This document shows positions 27,864 to 37,186 of a stretch of DNA of 45,125 nt, one piece after another. The stretch lies in the IMG/VR virus record IMGVR_UViG_2703718832_000003; one strand, given 5' to 3'. The notes beneath the pieces were generated by a model that did not search any database, was not told the origin of the DNA, and saw only the letters and a list, made by a program, of their open reading frames with translations. This DNA comes from a virus. Its lineage: Duplodnaviria > Heunggongvirae > Uroviricota > Caudoviricetes. The position numbers and the translations under genes were made by a program. Each line of letters begins with the position of its first letter. Position 1 is the first letter of the stretch.

Positions 27864-28889
27864 ATGTCCGTTTACACCACTGCCCAACTGCTGGCGGTCA
27901 ATGAGAAGAAATTCAAATTCGATCCGCTTTTCCTGCGTATCTTTTTCCGCGAAACCTATCCCTTCAGTACAGAGAAGGTTTACCTGTCGCAAATTCCTGG
28001 CCTGGTCAATATGGCGCTTTACGTCTCGCCGATTGTCTCCGGCAAAGTGATCCGCTCCCGTGGCGGCAGCACGTCTGAATTCACGCCGGGTTATGTGAAG
28101 CCGAAACACGAAGTTAACCCACTGATGACTCTCCGCCGCCTGCCGGATGAGGATCCGCAGAATCTCGCTGACCCGGTCTATCGCCGTCGCCGCATTATCC
28201 TTCAGAACATGAAGGATGAAGAGCTGGCGATTGCTCAGGTCGAAGAGAAACAGGCTGTTTCGGCGGTGCTCAGCGGTAAATACACCATGACCGGGGAAGC
28301 GTTCGAGCCTGTTGAAGTCGATATGGGCCGCAGCGCTGGTAACAACATTGTCCAGGCCGGTGCGGCTGCATGGTCAACCCGCGACAAAGAAACGTATGAC
28401 CCGACCGATGACATTGAAGCCTACGCGCTCAACGCCAGCGGTGTGGTCAACATCATTGTGTTCGATCCGAAAGGCTGGGCGCTGTTCCGTTCCTTCAAGG
28501 CTGTTGAGAAGAAGCTGGATACGCGTCGTGGTTCTAACTCTGAGCTGGAAACTGCCGTGAAAGACCTGGGTATGGCTGTTTCATACAAGGGGATGTTTGG
28601 CGATGTGGCCATCGTGGTGTACTCCGGCCAGTACGTCGAAAACGACGTCAAAAAGAATTATCTGCCGGACCTGACAATGGTGCTGGGGAATACCCAGGCT
28701 CGTGGCCTGCGTACCTATGGCTGCATTCTTGATGCTGATGCCCAGCGCGAAGGTATCAATGCCTCGACACGCTACCCGAAAAACTGGGTGCAGTCGGGGG
28801 ATCCGGCGCGCGAATTCACCATGATTCAGTCAGCTCCGCTGATGCTGCTGCCAGACCCTGACGCATTCGTCTCCGTCAAACTGGCATAA
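27864..28889 (+). CDS. E: Major capsid protein E
   Basis: 341-aa protein MSVYTTAQLLAVNEKKFKFDPLFLR... collinear with lambda gpE. Confidence 0.95.
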   Translation: MSVYTTAQLLAVNEKKFKFDPLFLRIFFRETYPFSTEKVYLSQIPGLVNMALYVSPIVSGKVIRSRGGSTSEFTPGYVKPKHEVNPLMTLRRLPDEDPQNLADPVYRRRRIILQNMKDEELAIAQVEEKQAVSAVLSGKYTMTGEAFEPVEVDMGRSAGNNIVQAGAAAWSTRDKETYDPTDDIEAYALNASGVVNIIVFDPKGWALFRSFKAVEKKLDTRRGSNSELETAVKDLGMAVSYKGMFGDVAIVVYSGQYVENDVKKNYLPDLTMVLGNTQARGLRTYGCILDADAQREGINASTRYPKNWVQSGDPAREFTMIQSAPLMLLPDPDAFVSVKLA

Positions 28890-28898
28890 CTTCCCCCA

Positions 28899-28922
28899 GT
28901 GGCCCTGTCGGGCCACCTTTCT
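28899..28922 (+). terminator. Stem-loop downstream of the major capsid gene (possible attenuator)
   Basis: GTGGCCC-TGTC-GGGCCAC at 28899-28916 followed by CTTTCT; weak T-run, so function is uncertain. Confidence 0.3.
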
Positions 28923-28934
28923 GGAGTATTTCCC

Positions 28935-29369
28935 ATGACAGAAAAAGAAAAGCTGGTCGCCCGCCTGAATGAACTTGGGACCCAGCTTAACCGCGAGGTC
29001 AGTACCAGCGGCACCATTCAGGAACTGACGATGCGTATTGCTGAGCTTGAAGAGGAACTGGATGGCAATGCCGGGTCAGTTGACGGTGAAAACGGCGTGC
29101 AGAATGCTTCCGACAGCACCGACAGCACCGACAGCACCGACAGCACCGACAGCACCGACAACAATGTTGCTAACGTGGCAAAAGTAAAAACGGAATCGGC
29201 CACAACGGGTGACCTGGTATCAGTAGAAACGCTGGCCACCCTGCATATTGACGCTCTGCATGCCACGCGTAACGAGCCGGTATCTATCGTAGAGCCTGGT
29301 GTGATTATCCGCGTATCTGAACAGGATGCCGACGACTTGATCGCAAAGGGGCTGGCTTTCGAAGTCTGA
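28935..29369 (+). CDS. FI: DNA packaging protein FI, carrying a (DST)5 repeat
   Basis: ATG at 28935, in frame with track ORF 28899-29369; MTEKEKLVARLNELGTQLNREV... and ...LHIDALHATRNEPV... parallel lambda FI. Confidence 0.7.
   Translation: MTEKEKLVARLNELGTQLNREVSTSGTIQELTMRIAELEEELDGNAGSVDGENGVQNASDSTDSTDSTDSTDSTDNNVANVAKVKTESATTGDLVSVETLATLHIDALHATRNEPVSIVEPGVIIRVSEQDADDLIAKGLAFEV
29112..29156 (+). repeat. Perfect 9-bp tandem repeat (GACAGCACC x5) encoding Asp-Ser-Thr x5 inside FI
   Basis: Five direct head-to-tail copies read directly in the sequence; in frame. Confidence 0.75.
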
Positions 29370-29379
29370 AGGGGGCCAC

Positions 29380-29733
29380 ATGGCTGATTTCGATAATCTC
29401 TTTGACGAGGCCATGTCGCGAGCTGATAGCGCTATCCGTGGTGTGATGGGCACAGAGGCAAAGGTGATGTCAGGCGCTTTGTCAGGTGCCACCCTGGTCG
29501 GTGTATTCGATGATCCAGAAAATATCGGATATGCCGGTGCCGGGATTCGTGTTGAAGGAACCAGCCCGACCCTGTTTGTGGAAACCGCCACTGTCAGGCA
29601 GCTGCAGCGTATGGACACGCTGACGATTAACGGTCGGCAATTCTGGGTTGAACGTATTGGTCCGGATGACTGTGGCTCCTGTCATATCTGTCTGGGTAAC
29701 GGCTCTCCACCTGCATCTTCGCGTCGCCGTTAA
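29380..29733 (+). CDS. FII: Head-tail connector protein FII
   Basis: 117-aa protein MADFDNLFDEAMSRAD... nearly identical in pattern to lambda FII. Confidence 0.85.
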   Translation: MADFDNLFDEAMSRADSAIRGVMGTEAKVMSGALSGATLVGVFDDPENIGYAGAGIRVEGTSPTLFVETATVRQLQRMDTLTINGRQFWVERIGPDDCGSCHICLGNGSPPASSRRR

Positions 29734-29742
29734 GGAGCGCAT

Positions 29743-30297
29743 ATGTCCATAAAAGGCCTTGAACAGGCCATAGAAAACCTTAACAGCATCAGCAAAACGG
29801 CTGTTCCGCGGGCATCGGCGCAGGCCGTTAACCGCGTGGCAAACCGGGCCGTCAGCCGCAGCGTGGCAGTCGTATCAAAAGATACGCGCGTACCGCGAAA
29901 ACTGGTAAAGCAACGCGCCAGGGTGAAGCGTGCGACGGTCAATAGACCTCGTGCACTTATCCGGGTAAACCGGGGAAATTTACCGGCCATTAAACTCGGT
30001 ACCGCAAGCGTGCGACTTTCCCGCAGAAAACGGGACAAGAAAGGGGCCAACAGCGTTCTGCGCATAGGGCCATTTCGTTTTCCGGGCGGCTTTATCCAGC
30101 AACTTAAAAATGGTCGCTGGCATGTCATGAGGCGGACTTCAAAACCTCGTTACCCCATTGAAGTGGTCAGCATCCCGCTGGCAGCTCCATTAACTACGGC
30201 ATTTAAAGAAGAACTGCCGAAGCTCATGGAGTCAGATATGCCCAAAGAGCTCCGGGCATCCCTTACCAACCAACTCAGGTTAATTCTGACACGATGA
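29743..30297 (+). CDS. Z: Tail completion protein Z
   Basis: 184-aa ORF in the lambda Z position with similar sequence. Confidence 0.8.
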   Translation: MSIKGLEQAIENLNSISKTAVPRASAQAVNRVANRAVSRSVAVVSKDTRVPRKLVKQRARVKRATVNRPRALIRVNRGNLPAIKLGTASVRLSRRKRDKKGANSVLRIGPFRFPGGFIQQLKNGRWHVMRRTSKPRYPIEVVSIPLAAPLTTAFKEELPKLMESDMPKELRASLTNQLRLILTR

Positions 30298-30692
30298 AAC
30301 ACAGCGATATTCGCAAGGTGATTATTGACGCGCTGGAAAGCGCGATTGGTACTGATGTCATTTATTTTGACGGCAGACCTGCAGTGCTCGAAGAGGGTGA
30401 TTTTCCCGCTGTTGCCGTCTACCTGACAGATGCGGAATACACAGGGGAAGAACTGGACGCCGATAGCTGGCAGGCCATTCTGCATATCGAAGTCTTTCTT
30501 GAGGCTCAGGTACCTGATTCTGATCTGGATGACTGGATGGAGACTAGAGTGTATCCGGTTCTCGCAGAGGTTCCGGGGCTTGAATCTCTTATCACCACAA
30601 TGGTTCAGCAGGGCTATGACTACCAGCGCGATGACGATATGGCGCTGTGGAGTTCTGCCGACCTGAAATATTCCATTACTTACGACATGTGA
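30294..30692 (+). CDS. U: Tail tube terminator U
   Basis: 132-aa protein [15 protein letters not shown]... similar to lambda gpU. Confidence 0.85.
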   Translation: MKHSDIRKVIIDALESAIGTDVIYFDGRPAVLEEGDFPAVAVYLTDAEYTGEELDADSWQAILHIEVFLEAQVPDSDLDDWMETRVYPVLAEVPGLESLITTMVQQGYDYQRDDDMALWSSADLKYSITYDM

Positions 30693-30699
30693 GGACCCT

Positions 30700-31437
30700 A
30701 TGGCCACACCAAACCCGCTGGCACCAACAAAAGGTGCTGGTACCACCCTCTGGGTTTACACCGGAACTGGTGATCCATACGCCAATCCGCTTTCAGACGT
30801 TGACTGGCTGCGCCTGGCAAAGATTAAAGACCTGCAGCCCGGAGAACTGACAGCTGAATCGGAAGATGACACCTACATCGATGATGAGAATGCCGACTGG
30901 ACATCAACGATGCAGGGGCAGAAATCAGCCGGTGAAACAAACCTGACGCTCGCATGGATGCCGGAGGATTCCGGTCAGCAGGACCTGGTGAACTGGTTCG
31001 ATGAAGGCACCGTGAAGGGGTATAAAATCAAATATCCGAATGGTGTTGTCGATGTCTTTAAGGGCTGGGTGAGCAGTCTCGGCAAGACCATCTCGTCTAA
31101 AGAGGTCATGACCCGCACGGCAAAAATCACCAACAATGGCAAACCATCGCTGGCCGAAGACAGTGGTACCGCGCCGATTGCCGTTACGGGGATCAGCCTG
31201 GATAAATCCACGGCGGCTGTGGCTGTCGCGGCCACGACGCAACTGGTTGTTTCTGTCCTGCCAGCAAGTGCTTCAGATAAGTCTTTCCGCGTAGCCAGTT
31301 CTGATCCGTCAAAAGCAACGGTCACCGTCAGCGGCAATACCCTGACTGTTACCGGCGTGGCGGCAGGCACCGTCGAGATCATCGTAATGAGCAATGACGG
31401 TAACTTTGTGGCGATCTGCAAAGTCACTGTTTCCTGA
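30700..31437 (+). CDS. V: Major tail tube protein V with C-terminal Ig-like domain
   Basis: 245-aa ORF; lambda V-like N-terminal domain and Big_2-like C-terminus. Confidence 0.9.
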   Translation: MATPNPLAPTKGAGTTLWVYTGTGDPYANPLSDVDWLRLAKIKDLQPGELTAESEDDTYIDDENADWTSTMQGQKSAGETNLTLAWMPEDSGQQDLVNWFDEGTVKGYKIKYPNGVVDVFKGWVSSLGKTISSKEVMTRTAKITNNGKPSLAEDSGTAPIAVTGISLDKSTAAVAVAATTQLVVSVLPASASDKSFRVASSDPSKATVTVSGNTLTVTGVAAGTVEIIVMSNDGNFVAICKVTVS

Positions 31438-31473
31438 TAACCGGGGCGAAAGCCCCGTTCCCCCGGAGTAATT

Positions 31474-31896
31474 ATGTTTCTAAAGAGCGAGCTGCTTGAA
31501 AGTAACGGCAGCAGCGTCACATTGTTCCAGCTGTCGGCGCTGCAGCGTATTGAATACCTCGAATACCTGAAACAACTTGAGGCGGTTGAAGCTGGTGATT
31601 TTCAGGCTGCCATTACCCTTACCGTGAAGAGTGGAGCATATCTGGTGGCAATGTCACTCTGGCATGGCCACGCGCTTAAAGGATCGCAGGGAGAAAACGC
31701 GGCGGCGGAAGTGGAGCAGATTCAGGATGAGGTCATGCAGACATGGCCGACCGAACTTGTTGCCGAAGCCGAATATAAGGTGAAACTCCTGTCCGGGATG
31801 ATTGCGCCGGTCACTGATGACCAGGCTGAGCCCGGTGAAGAACGTAATGAACCCGCTGAACCTGTTACTGCGGAAAAGCCCTCGCCAGTGAGCTGA
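31474..31896 (+). CDS. G: Tail assembly chaperone G
   Basis: 140-aa ORF in the lambda G position, followed by an overlapping -1 frame ORF (T). Confidence 0.8.
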   Translation: MFLKSELLESNGSSVTLFQLSALQRIEYLEYLKQLEAVEAGDFQAAITLTVKSGAYLVAMSLWHGHALKGSQGENAAAEVEQIQDEVMQTWPTELVAEAEYKVKLLSGMIAPVTDDQAEPGEERNEPAEPVTAEKPSPVS

Positions 31897-32225
31897 AGTT
31901 TGCCATGAAACTGGCGCGTGAGTTCGGTCGCCCGGACTGGCGTGCCATGCTTGCTGGCATGTCCTCAACGGAATACGGCGACTGGAAAATCTTCTACCAG
32001 GACAATTACTTTCATGATGCGCAGCTGGATGCTCATTTCTCCGGTTTGCTCTACACCATCTCAACCCTGTTTTTTGCTGATCCGGAATTAACACCGGACA
32101 GTTTCAGCATCCTTTCCCCTGTATCGGAAAGCATCGACGTTGATGAGCCGGATGACGATACGCTGATGGCGAAGGCTGCAGGTATTTCAGGAGGCGTGCG
32201 CTATGGCCCAGACGGCAGTGGGTGA
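31872..32225 (+). CDS. T: T portion of the G-T frameshift fusion chaperone
   Basis: The -1 frame is open from about 31863 through track ORF 31905-32225; an A-rich slip-prone stretch GCGGAAAAG sits at 31870-31878 near the end of G. Confidence 0.55.
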   Translation, partial: GKALASELKFAMKLAREFGRPDWRAMLAGMSSTEYGDWKIFYQDNYFHDAQLDAHFSGLLYTISTLFFADPELTPDSFSILSPVSESIDVDEPDDDTLMAKAAGISGGVRYGPDGSG

Positions 32226-34719
32226 TCTGGTCGTTAACCTTGACGTTAACTCGACGAAATTTAACGAGCAGCTTAACTACGTCAAAAAAGAATTAAAGCA
32301 GACTGGCAGCGCGGCGAACGACGAAGCGCTACGGATCCAGCAGTCCTTTAGCCGCCAGGAGAACGCCGCGCGCAAGGCGGGTATTTCAATAGGCCAGTAT
32401 AACGCAGCAATGCGTATGCTTCCGGCGCAGTTTACCGATATAGCTACGCAGCTAGCGGGCGGGCAGAACCCATGGCTGATTCTGCTTCAGCAGGGCGGTC
32501 AGGTTAAGGACTCCTTTGGCGGGATAATACCAACATTCAGGGCCTTACTGGGTACGATCTCACCGTTGATGGTCGGCATCGGTGCACTGTCCGCCGCAAC
32601 GGGTGCGCTGTTCTATGCCTGGTACCAGGGCTCATCCACACTATCTGACTTCAACAAAACGCTGGTACTGTCGGGGAACACGGCCGGATTGACTGCCGAT
32701 CGTATGTTGGCGCTGGCACGAAACGGCCAGGCAGCGGGGCTGACGTTCAATCAGACCAGCGAAGCCCTGAGCGAGCTTATCAACGCGGGGGTGGGCGCGA
32801 GTTCGCGCTTTGATGAAATGAGCCAGGCGGTGGCGCGATTTACTGATGCCTCCGGCGTGCCGGTGGAAAAAGTCGCAGCCGCATACGGCAAGCTCACTAC
32901 TGACCCTACATCAGGCCTGATCGCGATGGCTCAGCAGTTCCACAACGTTACGGCCGAACAGATTGCCCATGTGGCACAGCTGCAGCGTGCCGGTGATGAG
33001 GCTGGCGCACTGCAGGCGGCTAATCAGGCTGCTACTGCCGGATTCAACGATCAGACCAAGGCCATCCGCGACAATATGGGGACGATTGAGTCTTCAGCGG
33101 ATTCCCTGAAGCGTGCCTTCAAGTCGATGTGGGATGCTGCACTTGATATTGGCAGACCTGACACCGCCCAGGAGATGGTGGCAAAAGCCCAGGCCGCGTT
33201 TAAAAAGGCTGATGAAATCTGGAATCTGCGTAAAGGCGATCATTATGTGAATGATGAGGCCCGCGCCCGGTTCTGGAATGATCGTGAAACGGCCAGACTG
33301 GCACTGGATATGGCGCAGCAGCAGGCTGGTATTGCCAAAGCGAACGAAGAGAATGCTTCCCGTGAAGCGGTCGCAGAGTCCGATCGTCAGAAATATGCCG
33401 CGCAGGCTCAGGCCAACTATGCCAAAACCCAAACTGCCCTTGAGAAATACACGGCCAGGCAGAGCGAGCTCAACAAGGCGCTGAAAGAGGGGCGGATCCT
33501 CCAGGCTGACTACAACATCAACCTGGCTGCCGCGAAAAAAGAGTACGAAGACACCCTTAAAAAGCCGAAGAAGACCCCGGCAATCAGAACCCCCGCAGGT
33601 GCCCGTGCCACCGATACGGCCAGTGCCCAGACGCTGGAGCTACAGACACAGCTGCGCACCCTGCAGGAGCATAAGAGCATCAATGACACCATCAGCCAGC
33701 AGCGTCAGGAGCTGTGGCGTCAGCAGTCCCGCTTTACGGTTCTGGAAGAGGCCGCGAAGACCCGAACGCTTTCTGCTGAGGAAAAATCCCTGCTGGCCAG
33801 TAAAAGTGAGGTGCTTTCCCGTGCGGAGCTGAATGCGAAGCTCGGCGATCAGATAGTGGCGCAGGAGCGGCTTAATCGCCTGCAGGATACGTCCCAAAAA
33901 TACGTCACGCAGATCGGCGAGAAAACCCGAGCCCTTGCGGAAAGTGCTGGTATGAGCAGTCGTGCAGCACAACGTCGCAATGAAGAGGCCCAGCTTCTTC
34001 AGGGCTGGAAAAATGGTGGTGGTTCGGAGAACGATGCTGGTTATCAGAATGAGCTGCAGGCGCTGCAGGCGTATTACGCCGAGCAGGATAAGCTGCGGGA
34101 CGACTGGCAGTCCGGAGCCAAATCCGCATGGGCAGATTATGTTGATTCTGCTTCAGATGCTTATGGCCAGATGAAGTCGGCTGCCACCAGTGCGTTTGAT
34201 GGCATCGGGCAAAATATGGCTGACATGCTGACGCGCGGAAAGGCTGACTGGGCTGACTTCACCCGCTCCACGCTCTCCATGCTGACACAGATCCTGCTGA
34301 AACAGGCGATGGTAGGCCTGGTGGATTCAGCGACAACCGCGCTGGGATTTGCAGGTGGCGGTTATACCGGTTCAGGCGGGAAATATGAACCTGCAGGTGT
34401 CGTTCACCGTGGTGAATTTGTTTTCACCAAAGAGGCTACCAGCCGGATCGGCGTCGGCAATCTTTACCGGATGATGAAAGGGTATGCCACGGGTGGGTAT
34501 GTCGGGGGCGGTGGTACAGGCCCGGCTGCAGCACCTTTCGGTGTCAGTGTATATGCCCCGGTGACGGTCGAGAATGCTTCCGGTAACGCACAGCAGCAAA
34601 ACGACGGAGACAGGCTGGGTAAGGCGTATCAGCAGGTGATTAACAAATCTGTCAACGATGGTATCGCCAGGGCAATCCAGCCCGGTGGGCTTATCTGGAA
34701 TGCGAACAATCGCAGGTAA
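32203..34719 (+). CDS. H: Tail tape measure protein H
   Basis: 838-aa ORF, Ala/Gln-rich helical, in the canonical position; C-terminal region lambda H-like. Confidence 0.9.
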   Translation: MAQTAVGDLVVNLDVNSTKFNEQLNYVKKELKQTGSAANDEALRIQQSFSRQENAARKAGISIGQYNAAMRMLPAQFTDIATQLAGGQNPWLILLQQGGQVKDSFGGIIPTFRALLGTISPLMVGIGALSAATGALFYAWYQGSSTLSDFNKTLVLSGNTAGLTADRMLALARNGQAAGLTFNQTSEALSELINAGVGASSRFDEMSQAVARFTDASGVPVEKVAAAYGKLTTDPTSGLIAMAQQFHNVTAEQIAHVAQLQRAGDEAGALQAANQAATAGFNDQTKAIRDNMGTIESSADSLKRAFKSMWDAALDIGRPDTAQEMVAKAQAAFKKADEIWNLRKGDHYVNDEARARFWNDRETARLALDMAQQQAGIAKANEENASREAVAESDRQKYAAQAQANYAKTQTALEKYTARQSELNKALKEGRILQADYNINLAAAKKEYEDTLKKPKKTPAIRTPAGARATDTASAQTLELQTQLRTLQEHKSINDTISQQRQELWRQQSRFTVLEEAAKTRTLSAEEKSLLASKSEVLSRAELNAKLGDQIVAQERLNRLQDTSQKYVTQIGEKTRALAESAGMSSRAAQRRNEEAQLLQGWKNGGGSENDAGYQNELQALQAYYAEQDKLRDDWQSGAKSAWADYVDSASDAYGQMKSAATSAFDGIGQNMADMLTRGKADWADFTRSTLSMLTQILLKQAMVGLVDSATTALGFAGGGYTGSGGKYEPAGVVHRGEFVFTKEATSRIGVGNLYRMMKGYATGGYVGGGGTGPAAAPFGVSVYAPVTVENASGNAQQQNDGDRLGKAYQQVINKSVNDGIARAIQPGGLIWNANNRR

Positions 34720-34724
34720 CAGTT

Positions 34725-35072
34725 ATGACGATAGAAACATTCTCCTGGGGTATTAAGGTCTCCAGCCAGCCCACAGAGGGAAGCAAAGACACCGTCAGGA
34801 AGGTCCAGTTCGGCGACGGTTACGCACAGGTGAGCGGCTCAGGTCTGAATGATGAAATTCGCACCTATGAATTTTCCTTCTCAGGGGATCCGACTACAGC
34901 GAATGAAATTCATGCCTTCCTTCGGCGGCATAAAGTGAAGTCGTTTATTTTCACTCCGCCTTTCGGCGATACCGCGCTGTGGCGTGTCGAGGCTGACACG
35001 CTCAAAAAGGTGGTTAAAAACGTAAAAGTGATAACCGTAACCGCAACGTTTGAACAGGCATTTGCACCATGA
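34725..35072 (+). CDS. M: Minor tail protein M
   Basis: 115-aa ORF, lambda M-like sequence and position. Confidence 0.85.
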   Translation: MTIETFSWGIKVSSQPTEGSKDTVRKVQFGDGYAQVSGSGLNDEIRTYEFSFSGDPTTANEIHAFLRRHKVKSFIFTPPFGDTALWRVEADTLKKVVKNVKVITVTATFEQAFAP

Positions 35073-35824
35073 GTCTTAATGCTGATTATCAAAAACTTGA
35101 GCCGGGCAATGAAGTCCGGCTTTTTTCTGTCGATGGTACAGCGTTCGGTATGTCAGATGTGCTCCGCTTCCACGCACACAATATCGCACACACCCCGGAA
35201 GAGATTGAAGCCGCAGGCGGGGATGAGAATAAACTTCCGGCGAAGTCCATATGGTGGCAGGGGGAGGAATATAAAGCCTGGCCATGTCAGGTGGAGGGTA
35301 TTGAGGCGACCACAGACGGTACCAGCCCACAGCCAAAATTGACGGTGGCGAACCTGGACAGCTCGATCTCAGCGCTCTGTCTTGCGTATGACGATCTGCT
35401 GCAGGCGAAAGTCAGTATCCACGACACGCTGGCTAAGTATCTGGACGCCAGAAATTTTCCGCAGGGCAACCCCACCGCAGACCCGTCACAGGAAAAGCTG
35501 AAGGTCTTTTATATCGACGCCAGAAGTACCGAGACGGATGAAGCTGTTGAATTTACGCTTTCCAGTCCGATGGATTTACAGGGCCGGATGATACCGACGC
35601 GGCAGCTGCATTCGCTGTGTTCCTGGTGCATCCGGAACAAGTACCGCACCGGCGACGGCTGCGACTATGCCGGAACGCTCTATTTCGATAAACACAATAA
35701 TCCGGTTGACGATCCTTCGCGGGATGAATGCAACGGTACGCTGACGGCCTGCAAACTCCGGCATGGAGACAGCAACGAGCTGCCGTTCGGCGGCTTCCCC
35801 GGTACATCCCTTATCAGGAGCTGA
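35069..35824 (+). CDS. L: Minor tail protein L
   Basis: 251-aa ORF; C-terminal Cys cluster (CSWC...C...C) as in lambda L. Confidence 0.85.
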   Translation: MSLNADYQKLEPGNEVRLFSVDGTAFGMSDVLRFHAHNIAHTPEEIEAAGGDENKLPAKSIWWQGEEYKAWPCQVEGIEATTDGTSPQPKLTVANLDSSISALCLAYDDLLQAKVSIHDTLAKYLDARNFPQGNPTADPSQEKLKVFYIDARSTETDEAVEFTLSSPMDLQGRMIPTRQLHSLCSWCIRNKYRTGDGCDYAGTLYFDKHNNPVDDPSRDECNGTLTACKLRHGDSNELPFGGFPGTSLIRS

Positions 35825-35825
35825 T

Positions 35826-36560
35826 ATGCGTCAGAAAACCATTGATGCCATCATGGCGCATGCCGCTGCGGAATACCCGCGAGAGTGCTGCGGCGTGGTG
35901 GCGCAGAAAAGCCGGGTTGAGCGTTATTTCCCCTGCCGCAACCTTTCTGAAGAGCCGACAGAACATTTTCACCTTTCTCCCGAAGACTACGCAGCTGCCG
36001 AAGACTGGGGGACGGTGGTAGCCATTGTTCACAGCCACCCTGACGCGACGACGCAGGCCAGCGAGCTTGATAAGGCGCAATGTGATGCAACGCTGCTGCC
36101 CTGGCATATTGTGAGCTGGCCGGAGGGGGATTTACGCACTATTCAGCCGCGCGGGGAACTGCCGCTGCTGGAGCGCCCGTTCGTGCTTGGCCACTTCGAT
36201 TGCTGGGGGCTGGTAATGAGCTATTTCCGGCAGACCCACGGCATCGAACTCCATGATTACCGCGTCGATTATCCCTGGTGGGAGAACAGCTATCCGGACA
36301 ACTTCTATCAGGACTGCTGGTACGAGTGCGGATTCAGGGAGTTTGACGGCCCGCCTCAGGAAGGCGATCTGGTCATCATGCAGGTGCAGGCCGATAAGTG
36401 GAATCATGCCGGGATTTTACTGGAGGGTAACATGCTGCTGCACCATCTTTACGGGCATCTGAGTCAGCGTGTTCCTTATGGCGGATACTGGCAGGAGCGC
36501 ACGATGAAAATCGTTCGCTATAAAGATTTAAGGGGGAATGAATCATGCAGGAAGTCATGA
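35826..36560 (+). CDS. K: Tail assembly protein K (JAB/MPN plus NlpC/P60-like)
   Basis: ATG at 35826, in frame with track ORF 35763-36560; MRQKTIDAIMAHAAAEYPRECCGV... typical of lambda K. Confidence 0.85.
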   Translation: MRQKTIDAIMAHAAAEYPRECCGVVAQKSRVERYFPCRNLSEEPTEHFHLSPEDYAAAEDWGTVVAIVHSHPDATTQASELDKAQCDATLLPWHIVSWPEGDLRTIQPRGELPLLERPFVLGHFDCWGLVMSYFRQTHGIELHDYRVDYPWWENSYPDNFYQDCWYECGFREFDGPPQEGDLVIMQVQADKWNHAGILLEGNMLLHHLYGHLSQRVPYGGYWQERTMKIVRYKDLRGNESCRKS

Positions 36561-37135
36561 GCCGCATTGAGCTTGGCGGCGTGCTCGGCAAAACGTTCGG
36601 TAAAGTTCACCACCGCCTGATTTCCCGCGTTAACGAGGCGAGTGTTGCGCTGGCAAAGACGGTTCCGGGATTTGAGCAGTTTATGATCTCCAGCCAGCGC
36701 CGTGGGCTCACTTATTCCGTATTCAAAGGGAAAAAGAATATTGGTGTTGATGACCTTGGCTTCCCGGTCACCGGCGATGTTATCCGCATTGTCCCGGTCA
36801 TTATCGGGAGTAAAAAAGCGGGTGTACTACAGACTATTTTAGGTGCGGTTCTGGTTGCTGTCGGTGTGGTTCTTAATTTCACGCCCTGGGCTGCGGCTTC
36901 ACCATTCTTCTACAAACTTGGTGCCGCAGTCATGCTGGGCGGCGTTGTCCAGATGCTTTCCCCTCAACCAGCAGGTCTGGCCAGCAAACAAAGCTCTGAT
37001 AACCGCGCCTCCTACGCGTTTGGCGGGGTCACAAACACCGCTGCGCAGGGCTACCCGGTACCACTTCTTTATGGTCGCCGGCGAATCGGCGGTGCGATTA
37101 TTTCTGCCGGGATATATGTCGAAGATCAGCAGTAA
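36545..37135 (+). CDS. I: Tail assembly protein I
   Basis: 196-aa ORF overlapping the K 3' end; lambda I-like hydrophobic central region. Confidence 0.8.
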   Translation: MQEVMSRIELGGVLGKTFGKVHHRLISRVNEASVALAKTVPGFEQFMISSQRRGLTYSVFKGKKNIGVDDLGFPVTGDVIRIVPVIIGSKKAGVLQTILGAVLVAVGVVLNFTPWAAASPFFYKLGAAVMLGGVVQMLSPQPAGLASKQSSDNRASYAFGGVTNTAAQGYPVPLLYGRRRIGGAIISAGIYVEDQQ

Positions 37136-37186
37136 ATAAAACCTTCTTTCAGGCCACCTCAGGGTGGCTTTTTTTATGGGCGCAAT

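Noticed and set aside
29100-29160. Possible CRISPR-like repeat
   Set aside because: Perfect head-to-tail 9-bp units with no spacers, lying in frame inside a structural gene; this is a coding microsatellite. No repeat-spacer array was seen anywhere in the window.
33094-34174. Antisense and alternate-frame ORFs inside the tape measure gene
   Set aside because: Embedded in a confidently assigned 838-aa structural gene; typical spurious frames.
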